Assembly: GCA_041651535.1 (NCBI GenBank)
Contig: JBAZIZ010000002.1
Location: forward strand, 1,006-65,005
DNA: 64,000 bases
Reading direction: 5' to 3'
Source of the DNA: Patescibacteria group bacterium
GTDB lineage: Bacteria; Patescibacteriota; Patescibacteriia; Magasanikbacterales; UBA922
Shown here one piece after another: positions 28,037-38,564 of this stretch. The position numbers and the translations under genes are program-made. The notes under the pieces are model-generated. The model did not search any database, was not told where the DNA came from, and was given only the letters and a program-made list of their open reading frames with translations. Every line of letters begins with the position of its first letter. Positions within the stretch are counted from its first letter, which is position 1.

Positions 28037-30034
28037 TTATTTACTTGGTAAAAAAAATAAATTATCTGCAAAAGTTTTCCATTCAGCTATTAAATTTAAA
28101 TCGATTTTATCTAATGAAAAAGTAAAATTGTAAATTCTATTTGGCATTGTTTTAGCTGTCAAAATCAATTCTTCTTTTCCATCATGATTATAATCAAATA
28201 AAAACAAAGAGAAGCCTTGTTTATATTTTAAAGGATAAATAACAAAATTACCATACTCTTTTTGATTATTGACCAAAAAAATCTTACTAATATCCCCTAT
28301 TTTAGAGCTAAAAATATATTCTTGTTCATAGTCTGAATCAATATTTGTCAAAACAAAATTATTAAAATCAAAATCTTTTAAACTAAAATTATTTAATAAA
28401 CCAAAATCTTTATCCAATTCTTCAATATAAGTCTGACCATTTTTTTTAAAAACTAAAGAAAGATAATCTTTTTTGCTAAAATTCTTTATTGTCTTTACAA
28501 AAGCAGAATCATGTTTTTCTTCTTTTTTATAATTTTTAATATTTTTACCTTCAAAATTGAAAACTTTTAAATAAATATCAGAGGAAAAATTTGGTGCAGC
28601 GACAATCTCTGGATTAGAAGTAGAATAAACATCAGCTAAAGTAAAATTCCATTCTCCTTGTAAATCCAAAATCTTTTTTCCCAAAAAATTAAAATCAGAA
28701 TCAAGCAAATAAACTTCATAATTTTTTTCATTTTTTTTAAAAAGTACATAACGATCTTCATCATTAATTTTGGTTAATTCAATTGTTTGAAAATTTTTAA
28801 AAATATCATTTTGTGACAAACCAAAATCAATTTTTGAACTAAGTCGTTTTTCGTATTTACCATTAGTTTTATCAATAAAAATCATTTTGTCTTTTATAAT
28901 TTCGTTTTTCTTTTCAATGGCATATTTTACAGCATTGTCCACTCGCAAAAGACCATAGCCAAATAAATTATTATATTCATTTTCATCCTGACCTAAAGTA
29001 TGGTGAACAGTTGTTTTCAAAATTTCAATAATATCTTTGGCTGTCCAATTTAAATTTATTGATTTTATAAGCGCAGCTGCACCACTGACAAAAGGAGTTG
29101 CAAAAGAAGTTCCGTCTAAACTATTTTCAAGTAATATTTTTGTTTCGTCTTTTTTATTTTTTATAAAAAACATTGTAGAAGTAACATCAGTCCCTGGAGC
29201 TGTGATGTCCACACATTTTCCAATATTAGAAAAAAAAGCTAGATGATGATTATTAAACATCGCGCTTACTCCTAAAACTTTTTCTATATTTGAATCTTCA
29301 TCTGAACAAACAGGGTAACGAGGATTTTCATCTAAATTATACATATCATTTCCAGCTGCAGCGACAACTAAAACTCCTTTTTCATAAGCATAATCAATTG
29401 CATTTTTTAAATTTATTTCTTCATTGTTATCATTACCCACAATACTAATATTTATAATCTGAGCACCATTATTTACTGCATAAAAGATAGCTTCTTCTAT
29501 TTGTTTTAAACCACCAATTCCTCTTTCATCAACAACTTTTAAATTCATTAAACTTACTTGCCAATTTAAACCAGAACCAGCAATTCCATTATTACCAGTA
29601 GCACCAATAATCCCAGCGACATAAGTGGCATGATTATAAATTCCACTGGTAAATTGAGATGAAGAAAAATTTTCTATATCAGTTCTAACCTCATTATTAT
29701 TTTTATAAAAATTCCAACCGTTTATATCATCAATATAGCCATTTTTATCATCGTCTATACCGTTATCTGCAATTTCACCTTTGTTATACCATAAATTATC
29801 TTTTAAATCAGGATGTTTAAAATCAAAACCATTATCAATTATAGCTACAATAACATTTTTTGAACCAGTGGTATAATTCCAAGCTTCATATAGACCAATA
29901 TCAGAATAAGCCCATTGTTCTAAAAATGGATCGTTTGTTCTTTGTGCTTTTACTAATATCGGAAACAAAAAAAACATTCCACAAATAATGGAGAATGAAA
30001 ATAAAAAAAATATTTTTATTTTTTTGAAAAACAT
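28037..30034 (-). CDS. Secreted subtilisin-like serine protease (peptidase S8) with a long C-terminal extension.
   Basis: A signal peptide precedes the catalytic Asp (IIDNGFDFKHPDL), His (HATYVAGIIGATGNNG) and Ser (DGTSFATPFVSGAAALI) regions. Confidence 0.8.
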   Translation of the reverse strand: MFFKKIKIFFLFSFSIICGMFFLFPILVKAQRTNDPFLEQWAYSDIGLYEAWNYTTGSKNVIVAIIDNGFDFKHPDLKDNLWYNKGEIADNGIDDDKNGYIDDINGWNFYKNNNEVRTDIENFSSSQFTSGIYNHATYVAGIIGATGNNGIAGSGLNWQVSLMNLKVVDERGIGGLKQIEEAIFYAVNNGAQIINISIVGNDNNEEINLKNAIDYAYEKGVLVVAAAGNDMYNLDENPRYPVCSDEDSNIEKVLGVSAMFNNHHLAFFSNIGKCVDITAPGTDVTSTMFFIKNKKDETKILLENSLDGTSFATPFVSGAAALIKSINLNWTAKDIIEILKTTVHHTLGQDENEYNNLFGYGLLRVDNAVKYAIEKKNEIIKDKMIFIDKTNGKYEKRLSSKIDFGLSQNDIFKNFQTIELTKINDEDRYVLFKKNEKNYEVYLLDSDFNFLGKKILDLQGEWNFTLADVYSTSNPEIVAAPNFSSDIYLKVFNFEGKNIKNYKKEEKHDSAFVKTIKNFSKKDYLSLVFKKNGQTYIEELDKDFGLLNNFSLKDFDFNNFVLTNIDSDYEQEYIFSSKIGDISKIFLVNNQKEYGNFVIYPLKYKQGFSLFLFDYNHDGKEELILTAKTMPNRIYNFTFSLDKIDLNLIAEWKTFADNLFFLPSK

Positions 30035-30036
30035 AA

Positions 30037-31662
30037 TTATAAATCTATCAAATTTCCACTATCAGTTAAAATTTTTGGTTTATAAGTTTCATCTCGACTA
30101 GTACCTAAATTTCCTGAGCTAGAAAAAACTATATCATAAGTCTCATTGATAACAAAACGGTCATTAAAACTGTTGGCTTTAAAATTTTTATCAGTATTTT
30201 TTTTGCTAACTAAATAAAATTTTCCATCATTAGCTCGATAATAATAATAGCCGTTTTTTTTATCTTTAATTAGAGAGCCTTTTGGGTAAATATAAGAATT
30301 TTCTGGAATTGATTCTATTTTTTTTGGACCTGACGGATTATAACCATGAGCTAATTCTAAGCCATCTTTATAACCATCACCGTCACTATCTGCTTTTTTT
30401 GGATCACTATAAACATAATAAATTTCTTCATAATCTGATAATTCATCTCCATCACTATCCCGCATAGTATCACTGGTTCCATATTTTTTTTCTATTTCTT
30501 CAACTACTCCATCTTTATCTTTATCAACACTATAAATTGCACTGTTACTGCAAACTTTATGAACATAAATTTTATTACTATAATAATCATCGTCGTCATC
30601 ATTTTCATCATCATATTCATCCACGCAATATTCACAATCATCTTCACTTAATTTCGTGGCATTAGGAAAATTAATTGTAAAATAACTACGCATAATTAAA
30701 TCCAATTCGATTATTCTTGTTCCCCAATTTGGACCATAATAAATACTTGCTTCAGCTGGTGAACGTAAATGAGTCAAAACACAACCAGGTTCAACAGTAT
30801 AAACATCTGAAAGTCCTTTAAATTTTAAAAGCCAAGTTCCTGGTTTTGGACAAAGAGGAATGCCAATCTGCATTTGATCTATTTTTGCATCACTAACATA
30901 CTTTACGTCGTCAAAACTTTGAAACCATGAATAAAAAATATTAGCATTATAAATTGGGTGTATTTTTTGGTCATAGCCCATATAAAAAACTTCGCTACTA
31001 GTACCTTTCAATAAAGTTCCAGCTTCTATTTCAGTTAAATTTGCTGAATAATAAATTTTTTTAGAAACAACTTTTTCTCTACCAGCAGCATCTTTAAATT
31101 TTATATAAATTGTTTTGTCTCCCTTTTCACCAGATAAATACCAATAACGATATTTATTTATTGGTTCCCAGTCAGCATCTTTAAAATTTTTATCTTCACT
31201 AACTTTCATTATTTCCACACCTTTAGACCAAGAAATAGTCAATTTAACTTTTAAACTTTTTGTTTCAGTTTCTCCAGACTCAATTTCAAAATCAACTGAC
31301 ATATTTGAAGCGACATCTAATTTTATATAATCACTATAAACTTCTGATATATCCCCATCAGAATCTTTGAAACGTATATAAACATATTTATTACCTTTAC
31401 CATAATCCAAACACCAAGTTTTTCTAGTTTTGTATTCCTCCCATTCAGCATCTTCAAATTCAGAATCATTAGAAATCTTCATTTGTTTTGTATCAGAAGG
31501 GCCCGCAATATATAATTTTACTTTTCTAGTGTCAGTTAGAGTTTCTCCATTGTTTATTTTTACATAAGGATCGCGTGCCTCAACTTTTATTATTCCTAAT
31601 AATAAGCAAGACGAAAGACCAAGAAAAATAAACAGAAAAAATAAAGCTTGTTTTTTCTTCAT
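30037..31662 (-). CDS. Secreted protein with two N-terminal repeats and an acidic calcium-binding region (DxDxDG, thrombospondin-type-3-like).
   Basis: A signal peptide is present. The N-terminus carries a duplicated ~70-aa module, and the acidic segment DEYDDENDDDDDYY...DSDGDELSD...DSDGDGYKDG follows. Confidence 0.55.
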   Translation of the reverse strand: MKKKQALFFLFIFLGLSSCLLLGIIKVEARDPYVKINNGETLTDTRKVKLYIAGPSDTKQMKISNDSEFEDAEWEEYKTRKTWCLDYGKGNKYVYIRFKDSDGDISEVYSDYIKLDVASNMSVDFEIESGETETKSLKVKLTISWSKGVEIMKVSEDKNFKDADWEPINKYRYWYLSGEKGDKTIYIKFKDAAGREKVVSKKIYYSANLTEIEAGTLLKGTSSEVFYMGYDQKIHPIYNANIFYSWFQSFDDVKYVSDAKIDQMQIGIPLCPKPGTWLLKFKGLSDVYTVEPGCVLTHLRSPAEASIYYGPNWGTRIIELDLIMRSYFTINFPNATKLSEDDCEYCVDEYDDENDDDDDYYSNKIYVHKVCSNSAIYSVDKDKDGVVEEIEKKYGTSDTMRDSDGDELSDYEEIYYVYSDPKKADSDGDGYKDGLELAHGYNPSGPKKIESIPENSYIYPKGSLIKDKKNGYYYYRANDGKFYLVSKKNTDKNFKANSFNDRFVINETYDIVFSSSGNLGTSRDETYKPKILTDSGNLIDL

Positions 31663-31726
31663 AATTTTGTTAATATTAAATTGTTTTACTAATCATATTA
31701 TATAAAAAATCAAGCATTTTAGCAAC

Positions 31727-33070
31727 ATGAAACATAATTATCGAATCAAACAATTAATTCTTTTGGGTGGTGATTTATTTTGCTTCTTAACAGCCTTTTA
31801 TTTGGCTTTATTTTTACGTTATTTGAATTTACCAAACAAAGAAACTATTTTATCTCTTTTACCAATATTTTTTCTATTGTTTATCATCTGGATTTTTGTC
31901 AATTATATAAATGAAATGTATAAAATAAATAAATTAAAAAACGGTAAATTTGGTCTTGATATTTTATTTTCGGCTTTTTTCTCTTTTTTGATAGGTATTG
32001 TTTTTTTCTATTTATTACCTTTTTCTATAGCTCCAAAAACAATTTTATTTTTAAATGTTATTACTGCTTTTTCTTTTTTATTTTTTTGGCGTCTTTTTTT
32101 TAAAAAAACTTTAATAAAAAGTTTTAATCAAAAAATAATTTTTGTAGATGATAATAATGATAGCCGTGAATTAAAAAAAATAATCAAAGAAAATCCAGAA
32201 CTAGGTTTTATTATTTTTGAAAATGAAATTACTAACCGTAAATTAAGCGAAGTAGTGAAAGAAGAAAATATAGATATAGTTATTGTCAAAGATGAAACCA
32301 AGACGCAAACCACAACAAAAGAAACAAACGAAAATGAGTTGTACAAAATTTTTTTAGAAAATAAACAAATAATAGATTTAGCAAATTTCTATGAAAATAT
32401 TACAGGACGAATTTCCCCAAATGTTTTTTGCGAAGCTTGGTTTTTGGAAAATCTACAAAACATGCCAACACCATTTCAAAATCGTTTTAATCGTTTTGTT
32501 GATATTTTAGCAGCAACTTTTTTAAGTGGAATATTTCTATTATTATTTCCAATAATAGCACTAGCGATAAAACTTGATTCACAAGGTCCTATATTTTTTA
32601 AACAAACAAGAACAGGCTTACAAAATAAAAAATTCAAAATGTGTAAATTTAGAACGATGTATGTTTTATCAAAAGATGGCAGTGCCGAAACTCATGGTTT
32701 TGAATTTGCAATTAAAAAAGATAATCGAATAACCAAAATTGGACATTTTTTACGTAAAAGTAGAATTGATGAATTACCACAAATAATAAATTTATTTAAA
32801 GGTGATCTAACACTTATCGGTCCCAGACCGGAAAGACCAGAAATTATTGAAGAATTAAATAAAAAAATGCCTTTTTACAATTTACGCCATATAATAAAAC
32901 CAGGAATTACAGGCTGGGCACAAGTAAACCAACATTATACTGATAATATTGAAACTTCTCTAGAAAAATTACAATATGATTTGTATTATATAAAAAATAG
33001 ATCTCTTTTATTAGATATTACGATTGTATTTAAAACTATTAATGTAATTTTACGAGGAAAAGGACAATAA
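31727..33070 (+). CDS. Polyprenyl-phosphate glycosyl-1-phosphate transferase (bacterial sugar transferase, WbaP/PglC family).
   Basis: N-terminal TM helices precede the C-terminal catalytic domain (IAIKLDSQGPIFFKQTRTG...KFRTM...DELPQIINLFKGDLTLIGPRPERP). Confidence 0.8.
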   Translation: MKHNYRIKQLILLGGDLFCFLTAFYLALFLRYLNLPNKETILSLLPIFFLLFIIWIFVNYINEMYKINKLKNGKFGLDILFSAFFSFLIGIVFFYLLPFSIAPKTILFLNVITAFSFLFFWRLFFKKTLIKSFNQKIIFVDDNNDSRELKKIIKENPELGFIIFENEITNRKLSEVVKEENIDIVIVKDETKTQTTTKETNENELYKIFLENKQIIDLANFYENITGRISPNVFCEAWFLENLQNMPTPFQNRFNRFVDILAATFLSGIFLLLFPIIALAIKLDSQGPIFFKQTRTGLQNKKFKMCKFRTMYVLSKDGSAETHGFEFAIKKDNRITKIGHFLRKSRIDELPQIINLFKGDLTLIGPRPERPEIIEELNKKMPFYNLRHIIKPGITGWAQVNQHYTDNIETSLEKLQYDLYYIKNRSLLLDITIVFKTINVILRGKGQ

Positions 33071-33153
33071 ATTTTAGATTGGAATTGAAGATTTAAAAAA
33101 AATACCGCTGGCTTAATCACCAACGGCTTTTTTATAAAAATTTATACCTCCCC

Positions 33154-33831
33154 CTATTTTATTTTATCCAAAATTGATTTGATTCCGAAAGGAATTGCCC
33201 AAATCAAACAAAATAAACCGACAAAATAAAGTTCTTGTATTAGAAAGATCAAACCGAGACACTCTAAAAACATTTTGAGTTTTCCAGACATCTTTGCTCT
33301 TAGATCTTTACTTGATTTAAGAAAATCAAGTTCTCTTTGCCATTTATTAGCAAAAAAATCTTGAAGTCTTATGACTCCTAAAATTATTTCAATAATCATT
33401 AAAAAACTTGAAATTGTATAAACTTCAATATTTAAAATTAATGAAAAATTTTTATAATCATGAAAAGCCAAGACAATCAAACAAGCACAGACCCAAAAAA
33501 CTTTATCTAAAAAAGCGTCCAAAAACGCTCCTAGATCTTCATTATCTTGGTATCCTTGTTTCTTGTGAATTTTAGCAACAAGACCATCCACAAAATCAAA
33601 GATTACAGAGAATATAAAAATCCCAAGAGCGATTTTTTTGTTCCATCCAAATACAAAGGCAAATGGAACAACCAAAACGGTTCTACCAATAGTTATCCTA
33701 TTGGCAGTTACCAACAAAAAATTTTTGTTGCCAATTTTAATGTATCTTGGAAACAAAAATTCGCAAGTCGGTTCAAAAAAATCTCTGAGCCATTCATATT
33801 TTTTTTTAAAAAAATCTAGAAACATTTTCAT
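33154..33831 (-). CDS. CDP-alcohol phosphatidyltransferase family membrane protein.
   Basis: The DFVDGLVAK... portion of the D-G-x-x-A-R signature is present, with multiple TM helices. Confidence 0.55.
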   Translation of the reverse strand: MKMFLDFFKKKYEWLRDFFEPTCEFLFPRYIKIGNKNFLLVTANRITIGRTVLVVPFAFVFGWNKKIALGIFIFSVIFDFVDGLVAKIHKKQGYQDNEDLGAFLDAFLDKVFWVCACLIVLAFHDYKNFSLILNIEVYTISSFLMIIEIILGVIRLQDFFANKWQRELDFLKSSKDLRAKMSGKLKMFLECLGLIFLIQELYFVGLFCLIWAIPFGIKSILDKIK

Positions 33832-33949
33832 TCTTCTCTCCTTTTTTATAAATTATAATGTGCAAAATTAATTTTCTAAGATTAACAAAATAAAAAAAGA
33901 AAGTCAATACTAAAATTTGACAAAAAAAATAAATTATATTATTATATTT

Positions 33950-34154
33950 AATGTTGGTGTCTGTTGGATATATAACCCACAACCCTCTTAGCGGTCTGAG
34001 ATTACCTCGATCTTCTATCCTGATTAAAGGTGTGAAGAGAAAGGTATAGATCCTGAGAGGAATTACCTTCCTCAACCGAATCAAAGACCACCTTAATCTT
34101 TTAGTCACAATGATAAGAGATAAAAGGTGCAGATTCGGTTGGGGTCTTTTTTTT
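33950..34154 (+). ncRNA. Candidate structured small RNA of unassigned family, between two minus-strand genes.
   Basis: This non-coding stretch is GC-enriched relative to its surroundings. It contains the hairpin gaggaa-ttacc-ttcctc (34056-34072). A long imperfect stem-loop follows, closed by a 10-bp helix (caaccgaatc 34073-34082 with gattcggttg 34132-34141). It ends in GGGTC plus T8 (34142-34154). The overlapping 100-aa minus-strand ORF looks spurious. Confidence 0.3.
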
Positions 34155-34171
34155 ATACTTTTTATTAGTTT

Positions 34172-34795
34172 TTAAATTCCTTGACTAAATAAACTCATCA
34201 ATGCAAAACCTATTGATAAACCCATAAGTCCAGTTGCGATACTAAAATAAGTTGGTTGCTCAAAAAGTAAAGCTAATAATATTGCAAAAACTGCTAAAAC
34301 TTGTAAAAGCATTTTTATTTTACCCCAAAGATTTGCCATTTTAACTGTTTTAAATTTTATTTTAGCCACTGCAGCTCCAATGATAAAAATTATTTCTAAA
34401 CTCAAAACTGCTACTCCAATAAACCAGTGTAAATATTTGAAAACTAAAATTAAAACCATTGAAAAAATCAAAAACTTATCAGCAAGTGGATCAAACAGCA
34501 TTCCAAATTTGGTAATTTTATTTCTGGTTCTTGCTAAAGATCCATCTAAAACATCAGTAAAAGCCACTAGTAAAAATAAAATCGTTCCAAAATAATAATC
34601 AACTTGGTAGATAAGATAAAAGACAATTGGAGTCAAAAAAACACGCAAAAGTGTAATTTGGTTAGGAGTAACTTTTTGAGGAATCAATTTTAAAAAAGTT
34701 TTAGCCATAAAAGTATCATGGAGATGCAATTTATCACTAGCTAGAAATTCAAACATTTCCTGATGCTCTTTTATAAAACGATTGAAAAAAATCAT
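34172..34795 (-). CDS. CDP-diacylglycerol-type phosphatidyltransferase (PgsA-like).
   Basis: The canonical motif is DVLDGSLARTRNKITKFGMLFDPLAD, i.e. D-x2-DG-x2-AR-x8-G-x3-D-x3-D. Confidence 0.7.
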   Translation of the reverse strand: MIFFNRFIKEHQEMFEFLASDKLHLHDTFMAKTFLKLIPQKVTPNQITLLRVFLTPIVFYLIYQVDYYFGTILFLLVAFTDVLDGSLARTRNKITKFGMLFDPLADKFLIFSMVLILVFKYLHWFIGVAVLSLEIIFIIGAAVAKIKFKTVKMANLWGKIKMLLQVLAVFAILLALLFEQPTYFSIATGLMGLSIGFALMSLFSQGI

Positions 34796-34864
34796 ATTTT
34801 AAGATAAAATGACAATAGTTTAAAACTTTATTTAATTATAGCAAAAAAACTGAAAACAAAGAAT

Positions 34865-36940
34865 ATGAAAGAAAAACTTTTTTTGTTCACAATCTTATTT
34901 TGTGGAATTGCTAATATTTTCTATTTTCATAATATTTTTTTAGGAATAATTATATTTTTTTTCTATACTTTAATAATTGCTAAAAAAATTACTTTGATCT
35001 TAGATAAAAAACAGAATTTGAATATATTTTGGGGAGTTTTATTTTTATTGTGTTTACTTTCTATTTTAAACGGAATTTTTTATTATCTTTACAAAATAGA
35101 CAATTTTACAGTTGCAACAGTTTTTTCGTTACCGATTTTTTTTCTATTATTCAAAACTCCAAAGTGGACAAAACATAAAAACAAAAATTTTACTCAGATA
35201 TTTTTGACATTGATATTTTTAATTTTAGAAATGAATCTTTTTTTTACTCTAATCAAATATCGTAGTGATGAACTTATAGTCACACCTTGGCAATTTGTCG
35301 ATTATAAATTTTTCTTATTTTACACATTGACAACAGCTGTTTTAATTTATATTTGTTTTCAAAGTAAAAACATCAAACAAAATATATTTTTAACTTCTAT
35401 ACATTTATTTTTTACTTATTCTATTACATCTATTTTGTATAAAATTGGCTATGGTTTTGATGGATTTATTCATCGTGCTAGCGAAACTTGGATTGCGGAA
35501 AATGGTTTCATTTTGCCAAAAGAACCTTTTTATATTGGTCAATATGGTTTCGTAGTTTTTTTGCACAAACTTACAGCTTTACCAATAAAATTTTTAGATA
35601 TTTATTTAGTACCAATTTTAAGTGCACTTAGTCTAACTTATATTATTTATTTCTGTCTAACAAAAGTGTTCAATTTATCAAAAAAAATCGCGCTTAATTT
35701 TGTTTGGTTAATTCCATTTATTTTTTATTTTTCTTTTCATTTAACCACACCCTATAATTTAGTTTTATTAATAAATATTTTAACAGTTTTTTGTGTTTTA
35801 TCTTATAGTAAGGATATTTTACCTGTTTGGATTCCCCTTCTATTAAGTATCGTAGCGATTGCTACTCACCCACTTACTGGACTTGCAATTTTTATTTTTG
35901 TTATTTTAAATATCATTTTGAAAAATACTGTTAATCAAAAAATTAAAGATGTATTTTTATTTTCCTCAGCAATTTTAGTTTTGTTTGCCCCAATTTTGAT
36001 GTTTTCAACTAGATTATTTTTAACAAACAATCCTTTGCCGGAAATTATTAATCCCTTTAAAAATTTTGGTTTATTTTTTGATCTTTTTAAACGACCTTTT
36101 TGGTATAATAATAATTCCCCTTTTTTGTTTGAAGTTTTATATAATTGGCAAATTACAATCACAATTCTTGTTATTTTTTTAACTGCTTGGGGCTTTATAA
36201 GCAAAAAACAAAAAACTATTTTTGATTATCTACCAATTTTATTTTTTATCTGTTTAACTGGTTCTAGTTTTATCCTGACCTCTTTATTTACTTTTCAAAA
36301 CTCAAATGTTTTGGAACAAGGAAATTATGCGTTGCGATTAACAGTTTGTGGAATTATTTTTTTGCTTCCTTTCACCATACTTGGTTTTTATAATTTAGGA
36401 AAATTATTTTATGATTTTTTGTCTAAATATTTAGCAAAAAAATTTTTAAATTTTATTTTTATTTTTTCAGTTTCAATTTTACTTTCAATTTCTCTTTACT
36501 TACAATATCCTCAAAACAATCCCAAAGTAGTCCAATCAGGATTCAATGCTACAAAATACGATTATGAAGCTGTAGAGTATATTCATAATCAAAATAATGA
36601 TTATAATTATTTAGTTTTAACAAATATCATAACTGGAGTTTCAGCTTTAACTGAATATCCATTTGCTAAATATTTTACGACTGAACATGGTGCACTTTAT
36701 TATTATTCAATGCCTCAAAGTTCAATTACTTACAAAATTTATGAGGAAATGCTTTATGAGGGACAAAAAAGAGAAACTGCTATCAAAGCCATGGATTTAG
36801 TTGGCGTGAATAAAGTTTATTTTGTAGTAAATTGGTATTGGAGTAAGTTTGACAAAATAGTTGCCGGAGCCAAACAAACAGCTGACAGTTGGCAAGAAAT
36901 TGGCGATAATAAAATTTATATTTTTGAATATGAAAGATAA
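34865..36940 (+). CDS. Large polytopic membrane protein (about 14-16 TM helices) with a C-terminal soluble domain. It is putatively a GT-C-fold glycosyltransferase or polymerase.
   Basis: Hydrophobic helices span most of the protein. The ~150-aa C-terminal domain is aromatic-rich. The gene sits in a glycosylation cluster. The GT-C assignment is an inference. Confidence 0.45.
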   Translation: MKEKLFLFTILFCGIANIFYFHNIFLGIIIFFFYTLIIAKKITLILDKKQNLNIFWGVLFLLCLLSILNGIFYYLYKIDNFTVATVFSLPIFFLLFKTPKWTKHKNKNFTQIFLTLIFLILEMNLFFTLIKYRSDELIVTPWQFVDYKFFLFYTLTTAVLIYICFQSKNIKQNIFLTSIHLFFTYSITSILYKIGYGFDGFIHRASETWIAENGFILPKEPFYIGQYGFVVFLHKLTALPIKFLDIYLVPILSALSLTYIIYFCLTKVFNLSKKIALNFVWLIPFIFYFSFHLTTPYNLVLLINILTVFCVLSYSKDILPVWIPLLLSIVAIATHPLTGLAIFIFVILNIILKNTVNQKIKDVFLFSSAILVLFAPILMFSTRLFLTNNPLPEIINPFKNFGLFFDLFKRPFWYNNNSPFLFEVLYNWQITITILVIFLTAWGFISKKQKTIFDYLPILFFICLTGSSFILTSLFTFQNSNVLEQGNYALRLTVCGIIFLLPFTILGFYNLGKLFYDFLSKYLAKKFLNFIFIFSVSILLSISLYLQYPQNNPKVVQSGFNATKYDYEAVEYIHNQNNDYNYLVLTNIITGVSALTEYPFAKYFTTEHGALYYYSMPQSSITYKIYEEMLYEGQKRETAIKAMDLVGVNKVYFVVNWYWSKFDKIVAGAKQTADSWQEIGDNKIYIFEYER

Positions 36941-37352
36941 AAATAATTTTCAAACTAACAGAATACATATTTTAAAATTAAATCCAAATCAAGATTTAAA
37001 ATTGTCAATAAAAAAATATATTAAAAAAAATAAAATTCAAGCAGGAATAATCTTGACCTGTGTCGGAAGTTTAAAAAAAGCAACCATTCGTCTGGCCGAA
37101 GAAAATATAAAAAATTTTAGTGAAAAATTTGAAATTATTTCTTTATCTGGAACTTTATCTCCTGATGGTGTTCATTTACACATTTCTCTGGCTGATAAAA
37201 AAGGGAAAATAATTGGCGGACATTTAAAAGAAAACTGTTTAATAAATACCACTGCTGAAATAATAATTATGGAAATTCTAAATTTTCACTTCAAACGTAA
37301 ACACGATAAAAATACTAATTATAAAGAATTAGATTTTAAAAAAATAAAATAA
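36930..37352 (+). CDS. PPC/DUF296-domain protein.
   Basis: ...QAGIILTCVGSLKKATIRLA...EIISLSGTLSPDGVHLHISLAD..GKIIGGHL matches the PPC fold. The start is placed at the internal Met (MKDKNNF), which overlaps the upstream stop codon by a few nt. The track ORF begins at 36861. Confidence 0.55.
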   Translation: MKDKNNFQTNRIHILKLNPNQDLKLSIKKYIKKNKIQAGIILTCVGSLKKATIRLAEENIKNFSEKFEIISLSGTLSPDGVHLHISLADKKGKIIGGHLKENCLINTTAEIIIMEILNFHFKRKHDKNTNYKELDFKKIK

Positions 37353-37384
37353 CCTACTTTCAGGTTATTTTTTTTTAATATGTT

Positions 37385-38551
37385 TTACTTTGTATCTTTT
37401 AAAACCGTTACAAAATAAAAACTACACAAAAATAATAAAGCAACCACTAAAAACAAATCTTGCAAAGAGAATAAATAAACAACAATGGAACCGATCAGTG
37501 AACCGATCAGATAACCAATTGGGGTCGATGTTCTAAATAAATTGATTAATGTCATATCTTTAACATCCACAATTTTAAAAAAATAAGTTTCACGCATTGC
37601 TTCTACTAAGGCTGCTCCGATACGACTCATAAACAAAATAGTCCCCCAAACAAATGGATTCACAGAATTAGTAAAATAAAATAAAAATAAAGCTGAAATT
37701 AAAATTGCAAAACCAAAAGATAGAATTTCTTTTTCACCTAAATATCTATCAGCAATAATTCCAGCTGGAATTTCAACTAATATAAATGGTAAAAGCATAA
37801 TCGTAAACAAAATACCTAAAATTGACCAGGAAAAACCTAAATATTCATGCAAATAAATCGGAATATAAATAACTGCTGAGCTGTAAAAAATTTGTAAAAA
37901 ACAAGCTAAAATAAAAATCGAACGTAAATTTTTATTTTTAAAAAGTTTTAAAAAATTTGCTTTTAAATCTATTTTTTCAAAATCAGGTTCTATATCTAAA
38001 ATTTTTTTATTTTTTAAAAGTACAAAAATAAAAGGAATTAAAACTAAAGCTGAAATTAAAAAAACAAATTTATAATCATTTAGTTTTACTAAATAAGCTG
38101 ATAAAACAGGAGAAATTACCCAACCAAAATTTAAAAAAGTATAAAAAACAGTTCTAGTTTTACCAGTTGACTTATTTTTAGTAAAAAATTCTACAAATAA
38201 ATCCAAATTTATCCAAAGTAAATTTAAAGTAACTGAATATAACATGAACAAAAAAAATAAAACCCAGACATTTCTTTCAAAAAAACTTAAAAAGAAAAAA
38301 GCCAAAAAAGATAATAAGGCCATTTTTAAAGTTAAATTAAAATTTTTCTTTTTCAAAATTAAATGCGGATAAAATAATATAAAGAAAAAAGAAATTAAAT
38401 TTACAACTACAAAAAAAATACTTAATAAAGAAATACTAAGATAATTTTCCAAAAAAGATGATTGGATATAACTTGGCAAAGCATGGGCTAAAGCCAAACT
38501 TAAACCTAAAAAATACAAAATTTTCAAACTTTTTTCAGTTTTAATTTTCAT
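37385..38551 (-). CDS. Major facilitator superfamily transporter.
   Basis: About twelve TM helices in MFS-like spacing. The start is set at the internal Met (MKIKTEK), which removes the 47-nt overlap with the upstream GT4 gene. The track ORF extends to 38611. Confidence 0.65.
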   Translation of the reverse strand: MKIKTEKSLKILYFLGLSLALAHALPSYIQSSFLENYLSISLLSIFFVVVNLISFFFILFYPHLILKKKNFNLTLKMALLSFLAFFFLSFFERNVWVLFFLFMLYSVTLNLLWINLDLFVEFFTKNKSTGKTRTVFYTFLNFGWVISPVLSAYLVKLNDYKFVFLISALVLIPFIFVLLKNKKILDIEPDFEKIDLKANFLKLFKNKNLRSIFILACFLQIFYSSAVIYIPIYLHEYLGFSWSILGILFTIMLLPFILVEIPAGIIADRYLGEKEILSFGFAILISALFLFYFTNSVNPFVWGTILFMSRIGAALVEAMRETYFFKIVDVKDMTLINLFRTSTPIGYLIGSLIGSIVVYLFSLQDLFLVVALLFLCSFYFVTVLKDTK

Positions 38552-38564
38552 AAAAAACCAAATA

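Noticed and set aside
33806-34108. 100-aa minus-strand ORF overlapping the structured-RNA candidate.
   Set aside because: It has no start context or motif, and its sequence is dominated by the hairpin-forming GC-rich stretch. An RNA element explains the region better.
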